53,611 nt of DNA from Nitrospirota bacterium (lineage in GTDB: Bacteria; Nitrospirota; Thermodesulfovibrionia; Thermodesulfovibrionales; UBA6898): the NCBI GenBank assembly GCA_016217695.1, contig JACRHE010000089.1, positions 1-53,611 of the forward strand. Direction: 5' to 3'. Below are positions 19,755 to 29,051 of the stretch, piece after piece. The translations under genes were made by a program, and so were the position numbers. Under the pieces are notes generated by a model that was not told the DNA's origin, did not search any database, and saw only the letters and a list, made by a program, of their open reading frames with translations. How positions within the stretch are numbered: position 1 is the first letter of the stretch; every line of letters begins with the position of its first letter.

Positions 19755-19910
19755 ATTATTCATAAATTTCACGGGTATGCCGGAAAAATATTTTCGTCAG
19801 TACCGGGGATGTTTTTATATTATTTTGCACCGTCTGCTCTGATCAGACAGGAGAAGCTTTCACAAACTGGAGCTTACGAAAAATTTTTGAGGCAGTGGCC
19901 GTGAAATAAT
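19755..19910 (+). repeat. intergenic repeat family, copy A (about 156 nt, terminal inverted repeats)
   Basis: Shares the 5' block ATTATTCATAAATTTCACGGG..GCCGGAAAAA...TTTTCGTC and the 3' block GCTTACGAAAA..TTGAGGCAGTGGCCGTGAAAT with copy B at 44361..44511. The 5' block also matches copy C. Confidence 0.65.
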
Positions 19911-19917
19911 CCTGATC

Positions 19918-22650
19918 TCATGAATTACCCGGGCCGAGCGCTTTTTGTACGGCGCGGGCAAGGGTCTTCTTTGAAAATGGTTTCTGAATGAACCCCTTCG
20001 CCCCGCTTTTCAGAAGGCCGTCGATACCTGTGAACGCTGCGCTGCTGTAGCCCGAGACAAGAAGCACTCTTACATCAGGAACGATGGTCCTCAGAGCCTG
20101 GAACACCTCCGGCCCATTCATCATCGGCATGATAATATCAAGAAGCACAAGCCCAATCTCGGCATTTTTTTCCCGGAATATCCGCAGTCCTTCTTTTCCG
20201 TCAGGCGCAGTAATCACCGAATACCCGAGTTTCTGCAGGATATCCCTGTTGAGCTCCCTGACATCAGGTTCGTCTTCAATGACGAGGATGGTGCCTGTGC
20301 CTCCGTAATCTTCGGATTCATCCGGCGTCTCAGCGGCCGGCAGCTCAGCAGACGCCGGGAAATAGACATTGAACCGCGTGCCCTTCCCCGGCTCGCTGTA
20401 TAGATTGGTATATCCGCCGTGATTGGAGACGATAGAATGCACGATATAGAGGCCGAGGCCTGTGCCGCTGCCGCGCTCCTTCGTGGTGAAGAAGGGGTCG
20501 AATATCTTGTGTACAATGCCTTCTTCCATGCCGATGCCGGTATCAGAGACAGAAAGCTTTACGAATCCTCCGGCTGAGGGCATTCCGTTCGCAGCCCCGT
20601 TTTCCTTTCCGACACTGGCGGTCTCGATAATAATCCTTCCGCCTTCGGGCATGGCATCCCGGGCATTGACAGCCAGATTCATGATTACCTGCTGCAACTG
20701 CGTTGCATCTGCGCGTATGCCCGGCAGTTCAGGAGACAGCTTCATCTCTATCGAGATGGTCTTAGGTATGCTCCTGGAAAGGAGTTCAAGAGTATCCTCT
20801 ATCACCCCATTCAGATTTACCACCCTGAACTCGAGCTTTTCCTTTCTCGTCACTTGCAGGATGCGGGAGGCGAGGTCTGCGCCCCGGTTTGCAGAGTTCT
20901 CTATTATGCCGACAGCCTTCTGCAGAGGATGGTCTGCCGGGAGTTCCTCCTTCAGGATCTCCGCATAGCCGAGAACCGCAGAGAGCAGATTGTTGAAATC
21001 ATGCGCGATCCCGCCTGCGAGCGTGCCGATAGCCTCCATCTTCTGAGCCCTGAGCAGTTGTTCATAGAGCTTCTTCTCCTCGGTCAGGTCCCTCTGGATC
21101 GAGACGAAATTACGTATCTCTCCCGCATCTGAAAAAACAGGGAATATAACGGCCGACGTATTATAAACTCCTCCGTCCTTCCTCCTGTTCACGAATTCGC
21201 CCTTCCATGGTCTTCCGGAAAGGATGGTATCCCAGAGGTTGCGGTAGAAATGGTGATCGTGGACGCCGCTCTTCAGAAGGTTAGTGCTCTGGCCTGTCAC
21301 CTCCCCGGACGAAAAACCGGTAACAGCCTCAAAGGCATTGTTGACGTATTCGATTATGCCGTTTCGGTCTGTTATGACTATTACATCAAAGGACGACTCA
21401 ATTATCCTTCTGAACCGTTCCATCTTCTCCGTATCCTGAACCCTCTGGATCGCAACAGCTGCGTCTGATGCAATAGCTGTGAGAATATCTTCATCCTCGT
21501 CGGTAAAATCCCCATGTCTCTTGTTAGCAAAATAAAGGGCGGCGATAGGCCTTCCGTCTTTAGAAAAAATTGGATATCCCAGAAAGTTCTTTAAAACCGG
21601 ATGCCCTACCGGAAAGGCACCTGAGAAGGCAGGGTGAGACGCAATGTCGTTTATCTTCACCGGCACCATCGAGAATTTCATGAGCTTCAGTATGCCTTCG
21701 CCGCGCGGCAATCTCTTGACGTCCTGCCTGATCTTCGCCTCATCCACTCCGTAGACCTTCAGTTTGCTGAAATCCCCTTTTTCATCATACAGGGCTATGC
21801 TTGAAAGCTCCGTATCGATGAGCATATTCGATTGTCCGACGATGGTATCCATAATATCTTCCAGGGTAGTGTTTTTGTTCAGGGATACCGCAATCTCATG
21901 GAGTATCCTTGCCTGCATATTCTTAAGCTCAGCCGTCGCAAATGCCTTATTAACCACGCTGCCGAGTTCATCCAGCTCCCTGATGTGTGTGAGCGCGGCA
22001 TTCTCTCCATGACCTATCCTGTCCATGATCTGCCGCATAGGCTTTAAGAGATTTTTTCTGACCACTCCGAGGACATAGACGACCATCAGCAGGATAGATA
22101 TGGAAAAGACCGTTACAGTAGAATTCAGTTGTCTGCTGAATTCGGTCATATGCGGGAACTCCCTCAGCACATCGATCATAAGGCCGTATTTTTTTGCCGC
22201 TATCCTGAAGCCGTAGAATTGACTGTCATCCATCATAGCGGTCATGGAACCGTCCGGATTTATCTTATATCCCTCAGGAAACGCGCAGCAGCTGGCTACT
22301 ACCGCGTCTCCCCTTTTCACCTGGTACATGAAGTTCTCAGTATCGAAATGAGTCCTGAGAACGGAAAGCAGGGCCTCTTCTGAAAGGTCACCCTTCAAGA
22401 TATTTTCTATCTCGCCACGCTCCTGTGATATGAGGGAATCGTGATAGTTATTCATTATCCCTCTTATTATCCAGCGTGTTCTCAAGGAGACAAAGACGGT
22501 AAGCAGAAGCATGAAGGCGACAATCGGGAAAAGAATCTTGAGGATAATACCCTGTGGTTTCACCGGTCTCTGTCCGGAAAGAAAAGTACAAAAACGGCAT
22601 CCGGCAGACCGGGCCGAACAGGAGTTTCCCCGCCTGGCAAAGGAAACCAT
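19918..22650 (-). CDS. hybrid sensor histidine kinase/response regulator (TM sensor-GAF-PAS-HisKA-HATPase-REC)
   Basis: Two TM segments flank a periplasmic-like domain. H-box GGIAHDFNNLL. HATPase boxes NLAVNARDAM, DTGIGM and GTGLGLY. C-terminal REC ILVIEDEP...LLDIIMP. Confidence 0.9.
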   Translation of the reverse strand: MVSFARRGNSCSARSAGCRFCTFLSGQRPVKPQGIILKILFPIVAFMLLLTVFVSLRTRWIIRGIMNNYHDSLISQERGEIENILKGDLSEEALLSVLRTHFDTENFMYQVKRGDAVVASCCAFPEGYKINPDGSMTAMMDDSQFYGFRIAAKKYGLMIDVLREFPHMTEFSRQLNSTVTVFSISILLMVVYVLGVVRKNLLKPMRQIMDRIGHGENAALTHIRELDELGSVVNKAFATAELKNMQARILHEIAVSLNKNTTLEDIMDTIVGQSNMLIDTELSSIALYDEKGDFSKLKVYGVDEAKIRQDVKRLPRGEGILKLMKFSMVPVKINDIASHPAFSGAFPVGHPVLKNFLGYPIFSKDGRPIAALYFANKRHGDFTDEDEDILTAIASDAAVAIQRVQDTEKMERFRRIIESSFDVIVITDRNGIIEYVNNAFEAVTGFSSGEVTGQSTNLLKSGVHDHHFYRNLWDTILSGRPWKGEFVNRRKDGGVYNTSAVIFPVFSDAGEIRNFVSIQRDLTEEKKLYEQLLRAQKMEAIGTLAGGIAHDFNNLLSAVLGYAEILKEELPADHPLQKAVGIIENSANRGADLASRILQVTRKEKLEFRVVNLNGVIEDTLELLSRSIPKTISIEMKLSPELPGIRADATQLQQVIMNLAVNARDAMPEGGRIIIETASVGKENGAANGMPSAGGFVKLSVSDTGIGMEEGIVHKIFDPFFTTKERGSGTGLGLYIVHSIVSNHGGYTNLYSEPGKGTRFNVYFPASAELPAAETPDESEDYGGTGTILVIEDEPDVRELNRDILQKLGYSVITAPDGKEGLRIFREKNAEIGLVLLDIIMPMMNGPEVFQALRTIVPDVRVLLVSGYSSAAFTGIDGLLKSGAKGFIQKPFSKKTLARAVQKALGPGNS

Positions 22651-22760
22651 TTTGATAATAAGTAACCCGCGCTCATGCTGATGTACTCTGGATAATATAG
22701 TAACAACAGAGATAAATCAAGACCCAAAATCAGGAACCGGAGCGGGCTATGGGGAAATGG

Positions 22761-24482
22761 CTATGAAGATTTTTTCCTCAGCCGCTTAAAAAGACGGTTA
22801 CAGCTGAGGGTGTTCAGTACGTCCTTTTTTTCGAGCCACCCCCGCCGGGCAACGGAAACGCCGAAGCGCATGTTGTCGAACTGACTGTTTATGTGGGAGT
22901 CGGTACTGATGACTATAGGGACCCTGCCGGCCTTTGCGATGCGCACATAGGAATCTGCAAGATCAAGACGGAGGGGATAGGCATTGATCTCTACTGCTGT
23001 CCCTGTTTCTGCGGCAGCTCCAAGAACCTGCTCCATATCCAGATCATAGGCCTCTCTCTCGCCGATAAGCCTGCCTGTGGGATGACCAATAACAGAAACA
23101 TAAGGGTTTTTCATCGCTGCCTTGATCCGGCCGGTCAGCTGCTCTCTGGATTGCCTGAACCCTGAATGCACGGACGCAATGACAATATCGAGCTCCCTGA
23201 GGACCTCGTCGCTGATATCGAGACTCCCATCACTTCTGATATTGATCTCAACGCCCGAGAGGACCCTGAAACCCGTAAGCTTCCTGTTCAGCGCCCTGAT
23301 CAGCCGGTTCTGCTGCAGTATCCTCTCCTCGTCAAGTCCCCGCGCAACCCCCAGTCCCTTTGAGTGGTCGGTCAGCGCGATATAGGCATAACCCTTTTCC
23401 ATGGGCCGTTTTATAACCTCCTCAATATCCAGACTTCCGTCACTCCAGCTGCTGTGAACATGAAGGTCCCCTCTTATATCCTTCTCATCCAGGAGCCTGG
23501 GTAACAGACCCGCAGCTGCCGCATCTATCTCTCCAGTGTCCTCGCGCAACTCCGGGGGAATGTACTGGAGTCCCAGCAACCTATAGATATCCTTTTCTGT
23601 CCTCCCCCCAAGCTTTTTCCCGTCCTTTTCCCTGAATATCCCGTATTCATTAATCTTCATTCCCGCTTTTGACGCCAGTTCCCTGAGCTTTATGTTATGG
23701 GCCTTGCTTCCGGTAAAATAGGCGAGCGCAGAGCCAAAACTGTCCTCCTCGACAACCCTGAGATCGACCTGTATGCCGTTGTCCGTTACTATGCTTGCCT
23801 TAGTCGGCCCTTTCATCAGCACTTCCCTGCAGACGGGCATATGAGTAAACGTCTTCATCACCGCTTCGGGTCTCCTGGACGTTGATAGGATATCGATATC
23901 CTGAATCGTATCCTTCCATCTCCTTATGCTGCCGGCGATGATCAGCCTTTCAACAGGGGCATTTTCAGAAAGATATTTCACGATTTCATCGGCCATGGGC
24001 AATATCCTTCCGATGGGATGTCTTGAGGATGCCCTCCTGAGCATCTCTATACCTTTTATGATTGCGGTCTCGGTCTTCTCCTTTATTCCAGGAACCTTGA
24101 GCAATTTATGCGCAGCTGCAAGTCGTTCAAGGGTGTCAACATCCTTCACCTGGTATTCCTTATACAGCCGGGCCACTGTCTTAGGCCCCAGCCCGGGTAT
24201 CCCCAGCAGTGCAAGGAGACTCTCCGGCAGTTCTGCCTTCAGATTCTCATAGGCGCCGATCCTGCCTGTTTTCAGATATTCCTCTATCTTTGCAGCAAGG
24301 TCTTTGCCGATGCCTGGAAGCGTCAGAAGCTCTTCTTCAGACAGGGAAGATAGGTCCCTGCCGAGCGCCTCAATATTCAGGGCAGCCTTTCTGTATGCTC
24401 TTATCCTGAAAGGATTATCCCCTTTAATCTCAAGGAGGTCCGCTATGTTAGTGAAAACATTGGAAATATCAATATTTTTCAT
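22761..24482 (-). CDS. polX: family X DNA polymerase with C-terminal PHP domain (PolX)
   Basis: N-terminus FTNIADLLEIKGDNPFRIRAYRKAA with HhH motifs. Pol-beta-like core GSIRRWKDTIQDIDIL. PHP domain DLHVHSSWSDG. Confidence 0.9.
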   Translation of the reverse strand: MKNIDISNVFTNIADLLEIKGDNPFRIRAYRKAALNIEALGRDLSSLSEEELLTLPGIGKDLAAKIEEYLKTGRIGAYENLKAELPESLLALLGIPGLGPKTVARLYKEYQVKDVDTLERLAAAHKLLKVPGIKEKTETAIIKGIEMLRRASSRHPIGRILPMADEIVKYLSENAPVERLIIAGSIRRWKDTIQDIDILSTSRRPEAVMKTFTHMPVCREVLMKGPTKASIVTDNGIQVDLRVVEEDSFGSALAYFTGSKAHNIKLRELASKAGMKINEYGIFREKDGKKLGGRTEKDIYRLLGLQYIPPELREDTGEIDAAAAGLLPRLLDEKDIRGDLHVHSSWSDGSLDIEEVIKRPMEKGYAYIALTDHSKGLGVARGLDEERILQQNRLIRALNRKLTGFRVLSGVEINIRSDGSLDISDEVLRELDIVIASVHSGFRQSREQLTGRIKAAMKNPYVSVIGHPTGRLIGEREAYDLDMEQVLGAAAETGTAVEINAYPLRLDLADSYVRIAKAGRVPIVISTDSHINSQFDNMRFGVSVARRGWLEKKDVLNTLSCNRLFKRLRKKSS

Positions 24483-24582
24483 CTTCCTGTTTCCCCTTCT
24501 GCAGATGAGGACGTCACATTAGAAGTATAGCAAAAAAGAGCTGACCTTCATTTATACAGTTACCGCTTTGTTTATAAATTTA

Positions 24583-24611
24583 TTGACAATAAGGACCTCT
24601 TTTCGTATAAT
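24583..24611 (+). promoter_or_regulatory. consensus sigma-70 promoter TTGACA-N17-TATAAT
   Basis: TTGACA at 24583..24588, an exactly 17-nt spacer, TATAAT at 24606..24611. No ORF follows for about 390 nt. Confidence 0.6.
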
Positions 24612-24617
24612 TTTACA

Positions 24618-24890
24618 AGGCTTTAGACAAAACCACCTTGCCAGTGAAAAAAGTGGAAGTTTTAGTCTTTAGTAATGTTATAATATCCAAGTGGAGGGAT
24701 ACTACGGAGACAGAGTCCTCAACAAAGAAGAAACTGGATTTTGCACTTGATGCAAATATTAATTTATTCATATAAAATATAAGTGACCTATGCGGGCATT
24801 CTACCCTCCAGCTCGCATAGGATTCCTGAGGGTTATCCCCGATCCCCAGCCCTCAGGATACAGGCCCTCGCCAGAGGGCCTTATTTTTTT
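24618..24890 (+). ncRNA. candidate ~270-nt small RNA (unclassified)
   Basis: Bounded by the consensus promoter and an intrinsic terminator. No ORF of 60 aa or more. Two 8-bp hairpins (24787..24821 and 24825..24857) with C-rich loops. Confidence 0.45.
24863..24890 (+). terminator. rho-independent terminator
   Basis: GGCCCTC-gcca-GAGGGCC followed by TTATTTTTTT. Confidence 0.7.
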
Positions 24891-24896
24891 ATCAGC

Positions 24897-24925
24897 TTAG
24901 ACCGTCCAGAGGCCGGCTCTATAAT
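24897..24925 (+). promoter_or_regulatory. candidate promoter TTAGAC-N17-TATAAT for the SYLF gene
   Basis: Correct 17-nt spacing, about 70 nt upstream of ATG 24998 with RBS AAGGAG. Confidence 0.45.
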
Positions 24926-24997
24926 GTGATATAATTTCCCTTAAGGGAAGACGACGAAAGCAAAAACAGCAATTCCGTACAAAGGAGAATTTGAAAA

Positions 24998-25711
24998 ATG
25001 AAAAAAATATCCCTCATTATCATCCTGGCGCTCTGTTTTGTTTTTCAGAAGAATACGAAGCTTGAAGCCTCCAGCAAGGAAGTGGCAAAGATCAATGAAG
25101 CCGTTGAAGTCATTGAAGAGATCATGTCCATCCCGGAAAAGGGAATTCCTCCCGCTCTCCTCGATAATGCGCAGGGAATTGCAATAATCCCCGGTGTCAT
25201 AAAGGCAGGCTTTGTGGTCGGCGGAAGATACGGAACCGGGGTTGTCATGGTGCGCGACGAAGGCGGCGGATGGAGCAATCCGTCATTTATCAGCATTACC
25301 GGCGGAAGCATCGGCTGGCAGGTGGGAGCGCAATCAGCTGATATCATACTTGTCTTCAAAAACAGGCGTGGTATCACGAACATGATGAGCGGCAAATTCA
25401 CCCTTGGAGCTGACGCTGCGATAGCTGCCGGTCCTGTTGGAAGGCAGGCTGAAGCCGGCACAGACGTTCAGCTGAAGGCTGAAATCTATTCATACTCCCG
25501 GAGCAGGGGGCTTTTTGCCGGGCTGTCGATTGAAGGGGCGGCCCTGCAGATAGACAATGACGCTAACGCCGCATTTTACGGGGAAAAGGTCATGCAGACA
25601 GGCGATATCTTCAAAGACAAGGGGATAGCTGCTCCTGCAGTTGTAAATACGCTCAAAGAGGCTCTGGCAAAATATTCATCCCAGGGCACTTTTCAAAAGA
25701 CAAAAGAATAG
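24998..25711 (+). CDS. secreted SYLF (Ysc84/DUF500) lipid-binding domain protein
   Basis: Signal peptide, then GIAIIPGVIKAGFVVGGRYGTGVVM...GGSIGWQVGAQSADIILVF, typical of SYLF domains. Confidence 0.8.
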   Translation: MKKISLIIILALCFVFQKNTKLEASSKEVAKINEAVEVIEEIMSIPEKGIPPALLDNAQGIAIIPGVIKAGFVVGGRYGTGVVMVRDEGGGWSNPSFISITGGSIGWQVGAQSADIILVFKNRRGITNMMSGKFTLGADAAIAAGPVGRQAEAGTDVQLKAEIYSYSRSRGLFAGLSIEGAALQIDNDANAAFYGEKVMQTGDIFKDKGIAAPAVVNTLKEALAKYSSQGTFQKTKE

Positions 25712-25718
25712 CCCCCCT

Positions 25719-26468
25719 GTGCGGGAAAAATACGGACAGGATCAAAATCCCGATATACCTAACCTGAGACGTCATAAGAGATTTAGTGTCGACGTCATGG
25801 AGATCAGCGGCAGGATGATACTGGTCAACAGTGTCGAGATCATCGACATAAGCATAGGCGGCGTATCCCTGAAGGCCGATAAAAGGCTGAACATCGGCGG
25901 TGAATATACCCTTAAGATGATGAATAAATCAAAGATAATATCGGTCAGGGGTAGCGTTGTCTGGTCGTCGATAACAGAAACAAAAAAAGGTCCTAAAGGC
26001 GACATCGCTCCCATATACACCGCAGGTCTGAAGTTCTCCAGCCTTTCAAAGGAAGACCTTCATGAGCTCATTGATTTCATAGAGGAGCGCGCGCATGTCA
26101 CAAGTGCGGAATTTGAAGTTCACAGACTGAGCGGCCTCAGGTTTAATATCAGGTTTCCGGTGGATACTCCAGGCAGGGCGGTTCTTAATTTTGACGAAAG
26201 TTACAGGGTAAAGAAGTTGAGCCTGGGGGGCATGCTCATAGAAAGCTCCCATGAGATCGATATAGAAAAGAGACTGCCCATGGAAATATCCCTTGACGAT
26301 AAAAGGCATATCACATTTCTTGGGCGGATAGCCTCCTGCATCCCTATTCACTTTAAAGAAAGGCAACTCCATGATGTCGGCATAGAGTTTCTGGAAATGT
26401 CCGAAGCAGACAGGGAGGCTCTCCGCGACTTTATCGGACTACTTCCTTCGGCAGAAACTGGTTCATGA
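25719..26468 (+). CDS. tandem PilZ-domain protein (c-di-GMP receptor candidate)
   Basis: RRHKR (RxxxR) plus DISIGGVSL (DxSxxG) in the first domain. The second domain is degenerate (RFNIRF...LSLGGMLIE). GTG start. Confidence 0.75.
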   Translation: MREKYGQDQNPDIPNLRRHKRFSVDVMEISGRMILVNSVEIIDISIGGVSLKADKRLNIGGEYTLKMMNKSKIISVRGSVVWSSITETKKGPKGDIAPIYTAGLKFSSLSKEDLHELIDFIEERAHVTSAEFEVHRLSGLRFNIRFPVDTPGRAVLNFDESYRVKKLSLGGMLIESSHEIDIEKRLPMEISLDDKRHITFLGRIASCIPIHFKERQLHDVGIEFLEMSEADREALRDFIGLLPSAETGS

Positions 26469-26633
26469 CCTCACGACCGCATTATGCGGTCATTGATTCT
26501 GTATTTCTCCGGCACAAAAAAATCATGCCGGAGCGGCTGCAGGAAATATTCAGACCGTCCTGCTGATTTGTCAGCCGGTCCTGTTGACAATCTCCATCAA
26601 TTCGACAATGCTTTAAGGGCAGAGGATATCGCA

Positions 26634-28568
26634 ATGATAAATTTCATCTGGACAATAATCGCCGTAATCTCAGTCCTGCTCCTGATGCCGGCCTCAAATG
26701 CCGATGCAGCCATGAATTATTCCTCTGGCTCCCCGACGCTCTCCGACATATGGGTAGATCCCTCAAACGGCAGCGATTCAAATACAGGGGCCGGCAGTAC
26801 CGAGGCCCTAAAAACGCTTACCAGGGCGTGGGACCTCATACCGCAGGGCAGTAATCTGACAATTACCGGTTACCGCATCAACCTGCTGCCTGGTTCCTAT
26901 CCGTGTGAGCCTGGACCGGAAGCGGACAACTGCATCAACTATTTTTCGGACCGCCTGGGCACATACGAGTTCCCCATTATCATCCGCGCTTACAGCGGGC
27001 CTGGCACCGCAACAATCAGGGGCGGTCTTAATATCCATAACGTACGCTATCTCTACCTTATCGACCTGGATCTGGCAGGGGGTGCCCCCCTGCCGACGAA
27101 CAGCTCCGGGAATAACCTCCTGCACCTTTCCGGAGGAGACCACATCCTTCTAAAAGGGCTGACGATTGCCGGACCTGCGTGCGACAACGACATATGCAAT
27201 AATCTGCAGGAGGTGCTGAAGGTTAACCAGACCCAGCATCTCTATGTTGAAGACTGTACCATCGGGGGCGCCTGGCACAGCAGCGTGGACTACATGGTTG
27301 TCCAGTACGGACACTTCCTCAATAATCGGGTCCATACCGCAGGGCAATGGTGTATGTATATAAAAGGGGGAACGTCTTACCTGCTCGTAGAGGGAAATGA
27401 GATGTATGGATGCCAGCTGGGCTTTGAGGCAGGCCAGGCTGCGAACTTTGCCGTGATGACCTCCCCATGGATTCACTACGATGCGTATGATATCAGGTTC
27501 ATCAACAACATCCTTCGTGACATTCCCGGCGTAGGGCTGAGCGTGGCAGGCGGATACGCTATACTTTTTGCCCATAACACGCTATATAGGGTCGGTGTCT
27601 CGGCCTCAAACGGGTATGGGCTTCTGCATGTCATCCACGGTGAGCGCAACTGCACGGCTACTGATGAGCTCCCTGACCCCGTTGCTCAGTGTGCAGCGCA
27701 CATCGGAGCAGGAGGGTGGGGGCCGAACTTTCTGACCGATTCAGTGGCGATAGTCCCTAACCGCAAGGTTTACGTTTATAACAATATCTTTTACAATCCC
27801 CCGCCGGCGCAGACACTGTACTCACATTTCACTGTCGAGGGACCTCTCAACCCTCCTGAAGGGTTTCAGAATTTCCCGTCGCCGTCAAACACGGATGACA
27901 ACCTCGTCATAAAAGGCAATATCGTCTGGAACGGTCCTGCTGAACATCCCCTGGGGATTGAGGAGTCTGACCAGGGATGCCGGCCTTCAAACCCGACCTG
28001 TAATGCCGTTCAGTTGAGGACTGACAATACAATCAATGAAGTGGAACCCCAGCTCATGAACCTTTCAGACAACAATTTTCGGCCTCTGCCCGGCAGCAAT
28101 GTTTTCTCTGCATCAATTTATACAATACCGGATTTCACCTGGAGCGACTCTCCGGAAGCACCCCCTGTCCCTGCAGGAAATACCGTCAACAGGATTGAAA
28201 AAGACAGAGACTCCCATCGCAGGACCGATCCGGGTCCTCCAGGGGCATATACCCGGTCTCTTTGCAGCAGTCCTGCAACCCTATCGCCCGACTTAAGACT
28301 TCATTTACCAGTCGTAATGCTTGCAGGCAAGTACTATTGGGCAGATATGAGCTTAGTACCAGGGACTGCGAATTTTCTCCTGACCAATGCCGGTGAGCTG
28401 CAACAACAGGATCGTTATACCGCCTGCCCTTCCTCGACCCTCCCGGTAATATCTCCTGACCTGAGACTCCACATGCCTTCAGTAACATATGACAGCTCGT
28501 CATACTGGGCTGACCTGCAATATGCCGAAGGACTAATTTTCATGTTAGTCAGCGGAGGCGCGCAGTGA
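26634..28568 (+). CDS. secreted right-handed parallel beta-helix (pectin-lyase-fold) protein with C-terminal tandem repeat
   Basis: Signal peptide MINFIWTIIAVISVLLLMPASNADA. Repetitive G/N-rich beta-helix turns (NNRVH, EGNEMYGC, FINNIL, AHNTLY, YNNIFYN, KGNIVWNG). The ORF is open from 26484 but ATG 26634 gives the signal peptide. Confidence 0.7.
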   Translation: MINFIWTIIAVISVLLLMPASNADAAMNYSSGSPTLSDIWVDPSNGSDSNTGAGSTEALKTLTRAWDLIPQGSNLTITGYRINLLPGSYPCEPGPEADNCINYFSDRLGTYEFPIIIRAYSGPGTATIRGGLNIHNVRYLYLIDLDLAGGAPLPTNSSGNNLLHLSGGDHILLKGLTIAGPACDNDICNNLQEVLKVNQTQHLYVEDCTIGGAWHSSVDYMVVQYGHFLNNRVHTAGQWCMYIKGGTSYLLVEGNEMYGCQLGFEAGQAANFAVMTSPWIHYDAYDIRFINNILRDIPGVGLSVAGGYAILFAHNTLYRVGVSASNGYGLLHVIHGERNCTATDELPDPVAQCAAHIGAGGWGPNFLTDSVAIVPNRKVYVYNNIFYNPPPAQTLYSHFTVEGPLNPPEGFQNFPSPSNTDDNLVIKGNIVWNGPAEHPLGIEESDQGCRPSNPTCNAVQLRTDNTINEVEPQLMNLSDNNFRPLPGSNVFSASIYTIPDFTWSDSPEAPPVPAGNTVNRIEKDRDSHRRTDPGPPGAYTRSLCSSPATLSPDLRLHLPVVMLAGKYYWADMSLVPGTANFLLTNAGELQQQDRYTACPSSTLPVISPDLRLHMPSVTYDSSSYWADLQYAEGLIFMLVSGGAQ

Positions 28569-28859
28569 GCAGCCTTTTTATCCGTGGTGATCTTCCGATT
28601 TCCTCAGAAGAGGCAGAATAATTTTTTACCCGCCCCATTTCCCCTTGACTTTTTCACCTCCAGCAGAAATTTCCAAACCCTTGCCTGTCAAGGATCCGCA
28701 CTGCCCATTTATTAGGCAGAACAGGAAATGCTTTTACTTTTCAACCAGTTAGCATGCTAAAAGAGAAGGTTCCTGACATGACATGTTAGTTACCGTCTTT
28801 ATCCCTTGTATCTCAACGTGTTATGACCTTTTTATCAGATCTCTGTCGGGTTCTTCCCG

Positions 28860-29051
28860 TCATTTTCCGAGCGAAATGGCCGTAACAGGGCAGTTCTCTT
28901 CAGCTGCCTCGCAGCATCCTGTATATTCACAGGCCTCCGGATCAATAACTTCCGATTTACCTGTCACCTCATTCAGGTGAAAGACGGCCGGACAGATCTC
29001 CTCACACCGGCCGCAACCTATGCATGTCTCCTCGTCAACAATCACATTCAT
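28860..29051 (-). CDS. small [4Fe-4S]/[3Fe-4S] ferredoxin
   Basis: 63 aa with CIGCGRCEEICP plus distal C..CP. The start overlaps the upstream stop (ATGA). Confidence 0.85.
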   Translation of the reverse strand: MNVIVDEETCIGCGRCEEICPAVFHLNEVTGKSEVIDPEACEYTGCCEAAEENCPVTAISLGK

